From a virus (Duplodnaviria; Caudoviricetes), in IMG/VR virus record IMGVR_UViG_3300035670_000736, positions 1 to 35,495 of that record: a stretch of DNA of 35,495 nucleotides. The stretch is one strand, 5' to 3'. Positions 1 to 8,096 of this stretch are shown here, one piece after another. Position 1 is the stretch's first letter. Every line of letters begins with the position of its first letter. Position numbers and translations under genes: made by a program. The notes below the pieces were generated by a model. It was not told the DNA's origin. It made no database searches and saw nothing but the letters and a program-made list of their open reading frames with translations.

Positions 1-127
1 AAAGTAACATCTCTTGCATCCCGATAGGTCGATACAAGATTGTTCGCCACAAATCGCCTAAGTTTGGAACGGTGTTTAAGGTGCTTGATGTGCCAGAGCG
101 GGAGCACATCTTAATTCATGCGGGTAA
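1..127. repeat. Terminal direct repeat, left copy (circular assembly overlap)
   Basis: 1-127 is identical to 35369-35495; 127 nt is a common assembler k-mer length; an ORF continues in frame across the join. Confidence 0.95.
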
Positions 128-305
128 CACTCACCGTGATACACATGGTTGTATACTACTAGGAATGCAATTTGGTAAACTTGGCCCTGACTCTGCCATC
201 CTAGCGTCACGTTCTGCGTTTTTACAGTTTATGGACGTCATGCGGGATACTCCAGAAGCGCAACTGATTGTTATTGATGCGTATGGCGGGGGCCGTGTCC
301 ATTGA
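1..305 (+). CDS. DUF5675-like putative endolysin, 3' part
   Basis: ILIHAGNTHRDTHGCILLG His/Cys motif; lies between the tail chaperone and holin-like genes. Confidence 0.75.
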   Translation, partial: SNISCIPIGRYKIVRHKSPKFGTVFKVLDVPEREHILIHAGNTHRDTHGCILLGMQFGKLGPDSAILASRSAFLQFMDVMRDTPEAQLIVIDAYGGGRVH

Positions 306-544
306 CCGAGCAAGATTTTACACAATTTAAAACGTGGCTGGATTTGGCTGTTAAGGCAGTCATTGGCATTGTCATCTCCATTGTTGGAATGGATTACCGC
401 AGCGTAAAGAACAGTCTACGTGAGCTTGAAGAGTCAAAGTATCGGGTTGCGATGGAAGTGCAGATCATCCAGGCAGAGCTTACGCATATAAAGTCGCAGC
501 TGGACAAGGTTGATAAGAAGCTCGATAAGGTCTTAGACAAATGA
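302..544 (+). CDS. Membrane-anchored coiled-coil protein (lysis cassette, holin/spanin-like)
   Basis: One hydrophobic segment (LAVKAVIGIVISIVGM) followed by heptad repeats; start/stop overlaps on both sides. Confidence 0.5.
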   Translation: MTEQDFTQFKTWLDLAVKAVIGIVISIVGMDYRSVKNSLRELEESKYRVAMEVQIIQAELTHIKSQLDKVDKKLDKVLDK

Positions 545-1356
545 AACTGTTGATTGTGCTGTTAGCATTTATGGCTACAGCGCAAGCGCAAGGGGCCAGT
601 TACATTGGCTTGTGTCACCCTGATACGAATTGTAAAGCAGTTAAAGAGACCTGGCGCAATCAAGATACGATCATTACAGGGTGGCTTGAGACTACATTCG
701 GTGAAGAGTGTAAGTGCGCTGACGAGTTATTAAAGAGCCGTAAACAAAAGATAGTGCGAGTCCATCTCCTTAATGGTCCTTGCCTCAGAAACAACCGCTG
801 CGGCCCGTATGAAGCGTTTTACGGGTATTCTATACCGCAAGCTAATCAAGCAGTGCATCAGTCTAATAGTCGTTTGATGAGAAGGTTTAGGCGTGGGTTA
901 CAACGGTTAAAGAAACGATTAGCGGGAGCTGAAGGTGTTCAGTGTTACGTCTCCCCTTGCTTGGAGTGTGACCTGAATGAACGTGCCAGAAGAAATCTCT
1001 TATCTGCTGTATCTGCTGCTTTGCCTGATTGTATTCCTGTCGACAATCCTCTCAAAGCCAAGTGCATTGCCGGATATACCTGTGAAAAGCATGGAGTTAC
1101 GCCACGCCTTACTAGCCCGTGTATAGTTGATTTAGACGGCATAGACGGCTCGCACATAGACGTTGACAAGTTTGCTGATAGGTATCGACACTGTGACATA
1201 AGCTTTTATTGGGAACCCTTTATGAACTGCATCAGGGGTAGCTTTATCGACCCACGAAAGCGTAACTGTAGGTACGAGAGTAGTATGTACCAATATATAA
1301 AGGGTGTTTTATGTCTCTCATTTTTGCGTCAATCATTCGACATTTGCTCACGTTAG
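541..1356 (+). CDS. Secreted cysteine-rich protein, unknown function
   Basis: Signal peptide MKLLIVLLAFMATAQA; 18 Cys in 271 aa. Confidence 0.6.
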   Translation: MKLLIVLLAFMATAQAQGASYIGLCHPDTNCKAVKETWRNQDTIITGWLETTFGEECKCADELLKSRKQKIVRVHLLNGPCLRNNRCGPYEAFYGYSIPQANQAVHQSNSRLMRRFRRGLQRLKKRLAGAEGVQCYVSPCLECDLNERARRNLLSAVSAALPDCIPVDNPLKAKCIAGYTCEKHGVTPRLTSPCIVDLDGIDGSHIDVDKFADRYRHCDISFYWEPFMNCIRGSFIDPRKRNCRYESSMYQYIKGVLCLSFLRQSFDICSR

Positions 1357-1496
1357 CTGCTGGTGGTTTGCTTACGATTGGAGTAGAAGAGGCGGATGCG
1401 TCTAACCTTGCAGCAGCGGCAGAGCCGGTGGTTACAGGCGCTGTGCTGTATGGAGTATCGCAGGTGTGGTCGCTAAAAGATAAGAAGAAGCGTTAA
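1311..1496 (+). CDS. Putative small holin
   Basis: 61 aa, two hydrophobic segments (SIIRHLLTLAAGGLL; VVTGAVLYGVSQVWS), basic C-terminus. Confidence 0.6.
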   Translation: MSLIFASIIRHLLTLAAGGLLTIGVEEADASNLAAAAEPVVTGAVLYGVSQVWSLKDKKKR

Positions 1497-1990
1497 ACGT
1501 CAGTAGTAAGTCTGTACCGTTTATTGCGGAGTTTACTCTCTTCTGTCGCAGGGGTCGCTTTGTCGGCCCCTGTATTTTCTTCTATGTAGCGGGTAATGAC
1601 TCTGTATTTACCTAGCGTCCTTACTTTATCAAATTGCAGTTTAAATTGTTCTTTAGCTTGCTTACGCATAGCTTCTGCAATCGACTCATCATCGTATAGC
1701 TCACGGATGAGATAAGTCAGATTAAACGGTGTAGGATATGGATCAAACAAGAACCACCGGAGTCGTGAGAAATCCCCAACGGTGCGGTGGTACATAACAT
1801 TCTTTCTTTCTAGCTCCTGCTCTTTTGCCATTGCTTTTACAGTTACTTGTGGCAGACCTTCGAGCCGGTCAAAGAAGAAACAGTAGTCTTTTAAGGCTCG
1901 CTCGATGACCGCAAGCCACAGGGTACGTTCGGGAAAATCCGATTGATGTTCTGGGTGTAGCATTTCTAAATCAGTTGCTTTCTTTTGCAT
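1493..1990 (-). CDS. Hypothetical phage protein
   Basis: 165-aa ORF coupled to the resolvase gene; PERTLWLAVIERALKDY helix. Confidence 0.6.
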   Translation of the reverse strand: MQKKATDLEMLHPEHQSDFPERTLWLAVIERALKDYCFFFDRLEGLPQVTVKAMAKEQELERKNVMYHRTVGDFSRLRWFLFDPYPTPFNLTYLIRELYDDESIAEAMRKQAKEQFKLQFDKVRTLGKYRVITRYIEENTGADKATPATEESKLRNKRYRLTTDV

Positions 1991-2297
1991 GTTTTACCAA
2001 AGCAACCCAATCCTCTAAGTACATTGTCACTAGCCACGGTTTGTGATTGCGCCTGTGCATCACGAGCGGTGTTCTGTCGTGACAGTCTCGCAAGGCTTGG
2101 TCCATTGCATTGTCTACGTTTAGTTTTTCTACACGCTTACACTCTATGTGAAACTGATCTAGCTCAGTGCAAGTTACATCAGAGTCGCCAGCAGCACCGC
2201 AAAACTGTTGAGTTCGTCGTGCGGTGTAGCCATGCTCTCTAAGCTTTGATGCCAACTCACGCTCTCCGGCGCTGCCTTTTGCTTTAGAATTTGTCAT
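1971..2297 (-). CDS. Holliday junction resolvase-like PD-(D/E)XK nuclease
   Basis: SKAKGSAGEREL...GDSDV...IECKR motifs. Confidence 0.8.
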   Translation of the reverse strand: MTNSKAKGSAGERELASKLREHGYTARRTQQFCGAAGDSDVTCTELDQFHIECKRVEKLNVDNAMDQALRDCHDRTPLVMHRRNHKPWLVTMYLEDWVALVKHAKESN

Positions 2298-2806
2298 GCT
2301 TTTTGTATGTAGTTGTGAAACTGCGTTAAAAGAATAGGTAACTTAGGTGGATTGTCACCAAAACGTCTTATTACCTTTTTGCAAAACTCTTCTGGATCGT
2401 AACAACAAATGAGTTCAGCATCCTTGCCTGCTGCTAGTGTAACTAAAAACTTGCGACGGCGGTAATATTTTTCAGCAAGTTCCATTTTGATACCTTCAAT
2501 GATCTCTCGTTTAGCGTGATTGTCGATTTTACGAGTGCCGTCCAAAATACGACGCAGAGCGATTGGATTATCAAACTCAAACTTTAAGTTGATGGGGTGA
2601 TACTCAACGAAAACACCATTAACGTAAAAATCAATAACCTTGTTATGCCCGACTCCAACTTGGAAGGTTTGCCCATCTGCCAGCTCAAAACCTCTCACGT
2701 AGCGTTCGAGCAGCATCCCGCAAGCGTACTCTGACTTTGAGGCAAAGGTGATTGGTGTATCGGGAATGTGTGGAAGACGAGGCGTGAAGTCTCTGGATGG
2801 CTCCAT
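2294..2806 (-). CDS. Putative PD-(D/E)XK endonuclease
   Basis: FASKSEY...IDFYVNGVFVEYH pattern. Confidence 0.55.
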   Translation of the reverse strand: MEPSRDFTPRLPHIPDTPITFASKSEYACGMLLERYVRGFELADGQTFQVGVGHNKVIDFYVNGVFVEYHPINLKFEFDNPIALRRILDGTRKIDNHAKREIIEGIKMELAEKYYRRRKFLVTLAAGKDAELICCYDPEEFCKKVIRRFGDNPPKLPILLTQFHNYIQKA

Positions 2807-2841
2807 ACTGTCAGTATGTGGTCCAAGCCATTGTTAGCCTA

Positions 2842-3456
2842 TCAGTAATAGGTTTCGTCTGTGTTAGCTACTGACCAGCGATCACAATTCTCGGATTTCC
2901 AAACGGTATCGATGGTTTTGTATTTGCGTTTTGGTGCGTCTGGTTCGTTTCCGATGAAGAAAGCGTCTTTAAAGAGGACCCGATTGGTAGGCAGACAACA
3001 GACCCGTCCGTCACTGAGCATGATGATATGTCCACATTTGTTTTGGTCGGGCTGGAGCAGGAAACCAGATTCGCTATCAGAGTCAGGTAGCCAATCAATC
3101 GTGCAGTGGTAGTGCCCATGACATACGCTTTTGTCTTTAAGTAAAACGTCGCACTGATAGTCCCGTAGGAAGTCTAGGACCGTCACCACGGGCTTATAAC
3201 TGTAGCAGTCCCATAGCTGTAGGTCTGATGGTGATTGCGCCTCTGCGTACGGTTTATCGTGATACAGCCAGTGTAGAGGGATATGGCGAAAGTGAGCGCC
3301 TGATTGCAGGAGAACGTGAAACTGTAACGCTCTGCCTTTATAGCTTTGTATTGCAAAGGCGTACCCCTGTTCAAAGTCTGTGTCAGAAGGGTCTTGCGTG
3401 AGGTGTTTGGTGGGTATCAAGACCTTAAACGGGGGTACGTTTGCATTCATTACCAT
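2842..3456 (-). CDS. Conserved-looking hypothetical phage protein
   Basis: 204-aa ORF in the leftward operon (NANVPPF, GRALQFHVLL, PTNRV); start may be the ATG at 3450. Confidence 0.65.
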   Translation of the reverse strand: MVMNANVPPFKVLIPTKHLTQDPSDTDFEQGYAFAIQSYKGRALQFHVLLQSGAHFRHIPLHWLYHDKPYAEAQSPSDLQLWDCYSYKPVVTVLDFLRDYQCDVLLKDKSVCHGHYHCTIDWLPDSDSESGFLLQPDQNKCGHIIMLSDGRVCCLPTNRVLFKDAFFIGNEPDAPKRKYKTIDTVWKSENCDRWSVANTDETYY

Positions 3457-3713
3457 GCCTTACATGACCAGTAACGTGCTTTTGTTTTGGGGCCTGGATT
3501 GTCACAGTTGTGTCTAGCCCTAAAACTCTTACGCCGTCCTGGTTCGTTCTTTCTTATCTTCATGTCAGGATCACCAAACCTGACCTTGATCACGTTACCC
3601 TTTTCGTTTTTGACGTAGACCGCAGACTTCTTGCGTTCGCCTGGCGTACGGAAAGGTTTGTTAAGGCGTATGTTTTTTTCCAGGCTTTGTCGTATTGCGC
3701 TTTCTTTTGGCAT
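3450..3713 (-). CDS. DUF6321-like basic protein
   Basis: LNKPFRTPG...VRFGDPDM...RRKSFRARHNCD...ARYWSCKAW signature. Confidence 0.7.
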   Translation of the reverse strand: MPKESAIRQSLEKNIRLNKPFRTPGERKKSAVYVKNEKGNVIKVRFGDPDMKIRKNEPGRRKSFRARHNCDNPGPKTKARYWSCKAW

Positions 3714-3714
3714 A

Positions 3715-3855
3715 CTACTTTTTAGCCTTTTTCTTCACTACGCCCTTGATGTTGCCCTTGTTCTCGGAAGCGTAAAAGACCTCTTCGCCTTTGTCTTTCC
3801 CGTAGAACTTTTGCATTGCTTCACGAATCTTTAGACCTTTTTTTGTAAGCGGCAT
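3715..3855 (-). CDS. Small basic phage protein (46 aa; absent from the ORF track)
   Basis: MPLTKKGLKIREAMQKFYGKDKGEEVFYASENKGNIKGVVKKKAKK; AAGGAG SD upstream; fills the operon gap. Confidence 0.75.
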   Translation of the reverse strand: MPLTKKGLKIREAMQKFYGKDKGEEVFYASENKGNIKGVVKKKAKK

Positions 3856-4028
3856 GATTTTTTCTCCTTGAGTGGTAACGACTCAAAAAGGATACCATCA
3901 GCCTGTCGCTTATCGTAGGTGGTTTTGTTCGCTGCAATGTGGGCTGCTGCAAGCTCACGCTGCCACTGTTCATTAAACAGACGGCGTATCGGTTTTACCT
4001 GCATTGGTTTTTTCCATGTAAAAGCCAT
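3831..4028 (-). CDS. Hypothetical protein
   Basis: 65-aa ORF overlapping both neighbours in the leftward operon. Confidence 0.45.
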   Translation of the reverse strand: MAFTWKKPMQVKPIRRLFNEQWQRELAAAHIAANKTTYDKRQADGILFESLPLKEKKSCRLQKKV

Positions 4029-4263
4029 GGCCAGACAGGGTGTGCACCTCTACAGCATCACAGTGCATCACCTGGTCAATTAACAGCTTTGCCATTTCGT
4101 GTGGTTCACAGTTGTAATTTTTGTCTACCAGTACCCGTATGTCTGGTCGTGGCTCATACCGATACTGGTAGTCGTCGTTCTCACGGATGTGGAGAGTGAT
4201 CTCCCATTTACCGTCTAACACTTTGTAAAGGCTGTATAATTTCATACTAGAAGGGTATATCAT
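3973..4263 (-). CDS. Hypothetical protein
   Basis: 96-aa ORF directly after the SSB-like gene. Confidence 0.55.
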   Translation of the reverse strand: MIYPSSMKLYSLYKVLDGKWEITLHIRENDDYQYRYEPRPDIRVLVDKNYNCEPHEMAKLLIDQVMHCDAVEVHTLSGHGFYMEKTNAGKTDTPSV

Positions 4264-4585
4264 CGTCGTTAAAAGTTACTGCCTTTGCGGTGTTGTTAAT
4301 GAGCTGCTGCATGGTCTCAGCGCCTGAAGCTCTGTACTCTAATTCCACAGCTTCACGGCTTTCTCTGCGGTCGTTGCGCCACACCCTCACTTGACCGAGC
4401 AGGTTTTCCAATGCGTCCAAGTCTTCTGCAAATAGGTACTTAGTCTCCTTGAATTCACCTGATTTCTTATCCTTGTACATCTTGCGCCATGTAAACGAGT
4501 AACCACCTCGCTCGTTCTTCCACGCCGCAATATCAATGCCTTTCTCTCGCCACGCCATTTCAGGTTTTGCCATATCAATCTCCAA
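4247..4585 (-). CDS. Single-stranded DNA-binding protein (PC4-like fold suspected)
   Basis: C-terminal DDDIPF tail; aromatic/basic beta-rich core; likely start at ATG 4573 after GGAG. Confidence 0.65.
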   Translation of the reverse strand: MEIDMAKPEMAWREKGIDIAAWKNERGGYSFTWRKMYKDKKSGEFKETKYLFAEDLDALENLLGQVRVWRNDRRESREAVELEYRASGAETMQQLINNTAKAVTFNDDDIPF

Positions 4586-4590
4586 ATTGT

Positions 4591-4635
4591 TTGCCTGATG
4601 TGCTTGGATGTTATAGCATGGTAATAGGATTCACA
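4591..4635. promoter_or_regulatory. Overlapping divergent sigma70-like promoters
   Basis: Plus strand TTGCCT-17-TAGCAT; minus strand TTGTGA-17-TAACAT with TGnTATAAC; lies between divergent genes. Confidence 0.4.
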
Positions 4636-4648
4636 AGAGGAAAAGAGT

Positions 4649-4825
4649 ATGGAAGTTGTAAAATATTTAAACAGCGGCGAATTATGCGAGGTGTTGAATA
4701 TCCACCGAAATCAATTACAGCGCATGATCAAGCAAGGCATACCACATATTCGAATCGGTCGTGAGTACCGATTTAATCTTAATGACGTATTGGCATGGCT
4801 GAAGGAGCAAAATGAAAGATCGTAA
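4649..4825 (+). CDS. Xis/HTH_17-like DNA-binding protein (58 aa; absent from the ORF track)
   Basis: MEVVKYLNSGELCEVLNIHRNQLQRMIKQGIPHIRIGREYRFNLNDVLAWL; AGAGG SD. Confidence 0.8.
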   Translation: MEVVKYLNSGELCEVLNIHRNQLQRMIKQGIPHIRIGREYRFNLNDVLAWLKEQNERS

Positions 4826-5090
4826 TTTTGGAAAGCTGAACCTACCTGACCTGCATCACAAGCTGAAACAGGTACTGCCGGAGTATCCGCTTATCAGCAC
4901 CTTTCAGTACGGCATAAACGGCACGTACAAGGCGATCGATGGTGACGGTAACGTCTGGATTGTGTCGTGGGATTTTGACCCTGACGTGCCAATACGGAGC
5001 GAGCAATTTGTGATGGATCATCACGCTCTTTCACGGGTAGCAGTTGAGCAAAATCGGCTGGCACCTACGGAAGGGTGGGTGATAGAGTAA
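4812..5090 (+). CDS. Hypothetical protein
   Basis: 92 aa, AAGGAG SD, overlaps the HTH gene. Confidence 0.6.
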   Translation: MKDRNFGKLNLPDLHHKLKQVLPEYPLISTFQYGINGTYKAIDGDGNVWIVSWDFDPDVPIRSEQFVMDHHALSRVAVEQNRLAPTEGWVIE

Positions 5091-5165
5091 AAAAAAACCA
5101 CTCGGTACCTTGCGGGGCAGAGTGGCTTAAAACCGATAACAGCTACTTTGTGAGCAACTATTTCT

Positions 5166-5855
5166 ATGAGTGAAAAATTACCACAGTCGTCTCCCTTTTT
5201 CAAAGTCCTTAAAGAGCACAAACACCTTGGTTTTGACGGCATGGTGTTTTTAGCCTACGTCGCAGAATTTGAGGCGCAAGGTAGGCCGTGTTTTGTCAGT
5301 CGAAAGTTCCTTAGCAAAGACCTACCAATCAGCGAGTCGGGTGCTCGTTACCTCATCAAACGTCTGGTCAAATTAGGGTATCTCAAGGTCGGTTATGAGG
5401 GGCGAAAACGATACCTAAAAACAGCTCCGGGAGGGGGCAAAATTAAACCAGATGAGGGGGCAAATTCTGCTCCCCAAGTGTGCAAAATTAAACCAGATGA
5501 GGGGGCACGAAAAAGCCAATACAAAGAATTAGATTACAAAGATATAATTACAAATAATAATTTTACAAAGAATACATATACACATGTACATGTAGATCAT
5601 GATCTTAATTTAGATCCTGTAGGAGGGAACATGGCACAACGAGTGAAGGATGATGGGTTTACGCTTAAAGGCTGGTGGGATGGTTTGTCTGAGGCCAGTC
5701 GCAGGGAGTTAATAATTTACACAACCAGCGTTGCAAATCCCTATGAGAAAAACATGCTTGGTTCTGACCCTAGCGAACCGAGCCGTGGTGCTTTAGCGGT
5801 TTTGTTCAACCACAGTGCTGAACTGGACCAGATGAAAGCAAGCCTACCCGATTAA
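5166..5855 (+). CDS. Replication initiator (N-terminal winged HTH, lambda O-like layout)
   Basis: CFVSRKFLSKDLPISESGARYLIKRLVKLGYL wHTH followed by in-gene direct repeats and an AT-rich tract. Confidence 0.65.
   Translation: MSEKLPQSSPFFKVLKEHKHLGFDGMVFLAYVAEFEAQGRPCFVSRKFLSKDLPISESGARYLIKRLVKLGYLKVGYEGRKRYLKTAPGGGKIKPDEGANSAPQVCKIKPDEGARKSQYKELDYKDIITNNNFTKNTYTHVHVDHDLNLDPVGGNMAQRVKDDGFTLKGWWDGLSEASRRELIIYTTSVANPYEKNMLGSDPSEPSRGALAVLFNHSAELDQMKASLPD
5431..5580 (+). repeat. Putative replication origin: iterons plus AT-rich region
   Basis: 26-bp GCAAAATTAAACCAGATGAGGGGGCA at 5437-5462 and 5482-5507; GAGGGGGCA three times; A-rich tract ~5510-5580. Confidence 0.7.
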
Positions 5856-5971
5856 ACACGTTTAAAGGCTCTAGGATGAACGCTATTGCAAGATAATGGG
5901 TCGGGGTATGGTATGCCCTAGGTTGGAAGGTAAAACTCAATAGCGTTGATTGTACGAGTTTTAAAAATGAA

Positions 5972-6000
5972 TTGATTGTTTAGGTAGGAAAGTGTATGAT
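5972..6000 (+). promoter_or_regulatory. Sigma70-like promoter
   Basis: TTGATT-17 bp-TATGAT, with no plus-strand ORF downstream. Confidence 0.55.
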
Positions 6001-6006
6001 TCAGGA

Positions 6007-6072
6007 ACATGATCTAGTCCGTCATGTCTCCATACGCCCCATCGGTGTCGTCATGCACCGGTGGGGTTTTTT
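6007..6072 (+). ncRNA. Candidate ~65-nt small RNA
   Basis: Bounded by a promoter and an intrinsic terminator; contains anti-SD GUCAUGUCUCC. Confidence 0.35.
6036..6072 (+). terminator. Rho-independent terminator
   Basis: GCCCCATCGGTG/CACCGGTGGGGT stem followed by a T-run. Confidence 0.8.
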
Positions 6073-6075
6073 ATT

Positions 6076-6150
6076 TGGCTCCAGGGGTAGGATTTGAACC
6101 TACATATTCCAACTTAACAGGTTGACCCATTACCGTTATGGTACCCTGGA
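6076..6150 (-). tRNA. tRNA-Asn (GTT)
   Basis: Acceptor TCCAGGG/CCCTGGA, D stem CCAT/ATGG, anticodon arm TCAAC-CTGTTAA-GTTGG, T arm GTAGG-TTCAAAT-CCTAC, discriminator G, encoded CCA. Confidence 0.93.
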
Positions 6151-6158
6151 GTGTAAAA

Positions 6159-6431
6159 CTATTCTTCGTTCAGTTCGCCAAACAGGTCGAGCAAGTGGTC
6201 GATGGCCCAGTTGACGCCATCTTTTTGACCCTGCTCAAACTCACCCTTTGGTTCACCGATCTGTGCTGAGACTTTGTACACGAAATCGTTTAGGTACAGC
6301 AGCACTTGTCTTGCACCGGCCATGTACGCAATCGCATAATCAACATCCTCATGGCGTCTTACGGCACGAGGTGTATAGGCTTTTGCAAACTCAACGCTAT
6401 CCTTTTCGAGCTGACTTCTGATGTCCATCAA
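6159..6431 (-). CDS. Hypothetical protein
   Basis: 90-aa ORF just upstream of the tRNA. Confidence 0.55.
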   Translation of the reverse strand: MMDIRSQLEKDSVEFAKAYTPRAVRRHEDVDYAIAYMAGARQVLLYLNDFVYKVSAQIGEPKGEFEQGQKDGVNWAIDHLLDLFGELNEE

Positions 6432-6606
6432 CGTATTCCTGCAATGCGTCGTTTAGTGCGTCTTTTACACTCTGCTTTTTACCAAGCAACGACATAAACT
6501 GTTCAAACAACTCTATTTTTATGTAAGCTGTGTAACGCCGGTATCCCTCCGGCGGTTCATCGTACTTCTTGCGTTTTGGATTCTTCTGCATAATTTTCAT
6601 CCACAA
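6397..6606 (-). CDS. Ribbon-helix-helix DNA-binding protein
   Basis: RRYTAYIKIELFEQF...SVKDALNDALQEYV strand-helix-helix pattern. Confidence 0.55.
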   Translation of the reverse strand: MWMKIMQKNPKRKKYDEPPEGYRRYTAYIKIELFEQFMSLLGKKQSVKDALNDALQEYVDGHQKSARKG

Positions 6607-7375
6607 ATTGTGTAAGTCTTTCTAAACGAGTTTTGGTTTTGAAAATGGTTTCCGAAATTTTTTCAGCCTTGCCAAAATGTTCCAGATACCCAATGACAGC
6701 TGGTCGTTTGTCGACCTCTAGGCTTTCCAGGTTGTAATACGTTGGCACATTCTGATTCTTTTTAGCCTTGCCTTGTGCTTTCGGCTCATGAACAAACTCA
6801 GCATCAAGTTCCAGACGTGACTCACTACGTGATACACGTTGCTCACTAACCTCAATGACCTCACCTGTATTCTTGTTGACATATCCTGCTCCATACTCGC
6901 TCGGCATTTCTTCTTGTGTGTAAAGTCCACCTAGTTCACTAATAAACGCTTCTCTAATTGCTAGTGATTTTGCACACTTAGAAAGCATAATACTTGGCAT
7001 CGTTTTCCAGATTGGCGTAGGTTTTCCATACTCAGCCATATATGCCGTAGCTACTGATGGGAACCTACGATCCTTTCGGTAGACCTTCGCTGTCGCAGAA
7101 ATAAGAGCTTTACCGTCCCATTCAAAGCTCACTTCCATGCCGTCAAATTGTGGGTGCGAGTTAGCGATACGCAAGAAACCGTTTATGCCCGTCATAATCT
7201 GTAGGCGGCCACCGGCCTTGATAGCCCACACTTCCTTCGTAACAGGATTTAATCCGGTAGCCTTTACGGTCTCAGCGAACAGCATAAACTCACTATCTGA
7301 GAGCACAGGGGCTACTGTGTTGCGGAGCGTGTTAAGCATCTCCAGGTTGTTTGTCGTAGTTAGTTCTTTTGTCAT
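6557..7375 (-). CDS. bet: Single-strand annealing recombinase Bet (RecT/Bet family)
   Basis: GLNPVTKEVWAIK, QIMTGINGFLRIAN, PQFDG, WKTMPSIMLSKCAKSLAIREAF; start re-called at ATG 7375 after AGGAG. Confidence 0.88.
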   Translation of the reverse strand: MTKELTTTNNLEMLNTLRNTVAPVLSDSEFMLFAETVKATGLNPVTKEVWAIKAGGRLQIMTGINGFLRIANSHPQFDGMEVSFEWDGKALISATAKVYRKDRRFPSVATAYMAEYGKPTPIWKTMPSIMLSKCAKSLAIREAFISELGGLYTQEEMPSEYGAGYVNKNTGEVIEVSEQRVSRSESRLELDAEFVHEPKAQGKAKKNQNVPTYYNLESLEVDKRPAVIGYLEHFGKAEKISETIFKTKTRLERLTQFVDENYAEESKTQEVR

Positions 7376-7498
7376 GTTTCTCCTATACGTATGCGGCCAC
7401 CTGCACAAGCGTGGCCACATTTCCAAAATGGTTGGATCCTAACTTCATTTTCCAAAAAATTTTTGGAATTCAGAAAAGTTCCATACTATGTAGTTTAC

Positions 7499-7514
7499 AC
7501 TATGTTTACATAAT
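7499..7514 (+). promoter_or_regulatory. 16-bp motif ACTATGTTTACATAAT, copy 1
   Basis: Exact copies at 9837 and 10341; palindromic core TATGT-TT-ACATA; intergenic. Confidence 0.65.
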
Positions 7515-7519
7515 GAGCA

Positions 7520-7750
7520 CTAGCGTTTTCTTGTTTTTTCAGGGGTCAAAATCACATCGTGGTTAGCGTCAACCTGTTCGGTAATGTACGTGACACCATG
7601 AAGCAAAGACCGTGAGCAATTAAACCTTGCAGTCTCACAGGTAAGCGTATGAAAAGACCTCTCACACGCCACAAGTATTAGCCCTACGGTTACCGGCACA
7701 CCCACGATCAACGATGTAACTTTGAACCAATCCCAGAGCTTATTGACCAT
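7520..7750 (-). CDS. Small membrane protein
   Basis: Hydrophobic segment LIVGVPVTVGLILVA. Confidence 0.55.
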   Translation of the reverse strand: MVNKLWDWFKVTSLIVGVPVTVGLILVACERSFHTLTCETARFNCSRSLLHGVTYITEQVDANHDVILTPEKTRKR

Positions 7751-8024
7751 TTCCCTTTTCCTCCTGTTTTGTAGCTATTAATCCCTTCGATAGCATCTCC
7801 CATACTGACAACTTGCGTGTTTGTTCCTCACGATGCTCCCAATAGGCCGTATTGCCCGTAGGCCGATTCGTTTTAGCCTGAGCCACCATGCCTACCACCC
7901 CATCGTGGTACGCTCTTATGCCCTCTGGTGTGCCGTATATGACAACACCGTCAGACATGAGACCGCACCCAGATAACAAACAACACACAACCGTTGCGCC
8001 TAGAACACGCATAAAACCCTCCAT
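7740..8024 (-). CDS. Putative lipoprotein
   Basis: Hydrophobic leader ending in lipobox LSGC. Confidence 0.6.
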   Translation of the reverse strand: MEGFMRVLGATVVCCLLSGCGLMSDGVVIYGTPEGIRAYHDGVVGMVAQAKTNRPTGNTAYWEHREEQTRKLSVWEMLSKGLIATKQEEKGNGQ

Positions 8025-8096
8025 TTTTAACCATGTACTGCAAAGGTTGGCAGAATTACCAACTATGGAACGCCCACGAGTGACGTTCTCTAGTCG

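Noticed and set aside
1-127. Terminal repeat as a biological DTR
   Set aside because: 127 nt matches an assembler k-mer overlap and falls in the middle of a gene, so it indicates circularity only
3831-3855. A-AAA-AAG slippery site that would fuse ORF 3831-4028 to ORF 3715-3855 by -1 frameshift
   Set aside because: The downstream ORF has its own AAGGAG SD and ATG, and the run simply encodes its TKKG; no stimulatory structure is evident
4567-4764. 65-aa ORF in the track
   Set aside because: The alternative frame 4649-4825 encodes a clear HTH_17-like protein with an SD
5437-5507. Direct repeats as a mini-CRISPR array
   Set aside because: Only two copies with a 19-bp gap, in frame within a gene, and no cas genes; iterons fit better
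6014-6031. GGAGAC-ATG on the minus strand as a gene start
   Set aside because: It encodes only Met-Thr-Asp-stop and the SD spacing is too short
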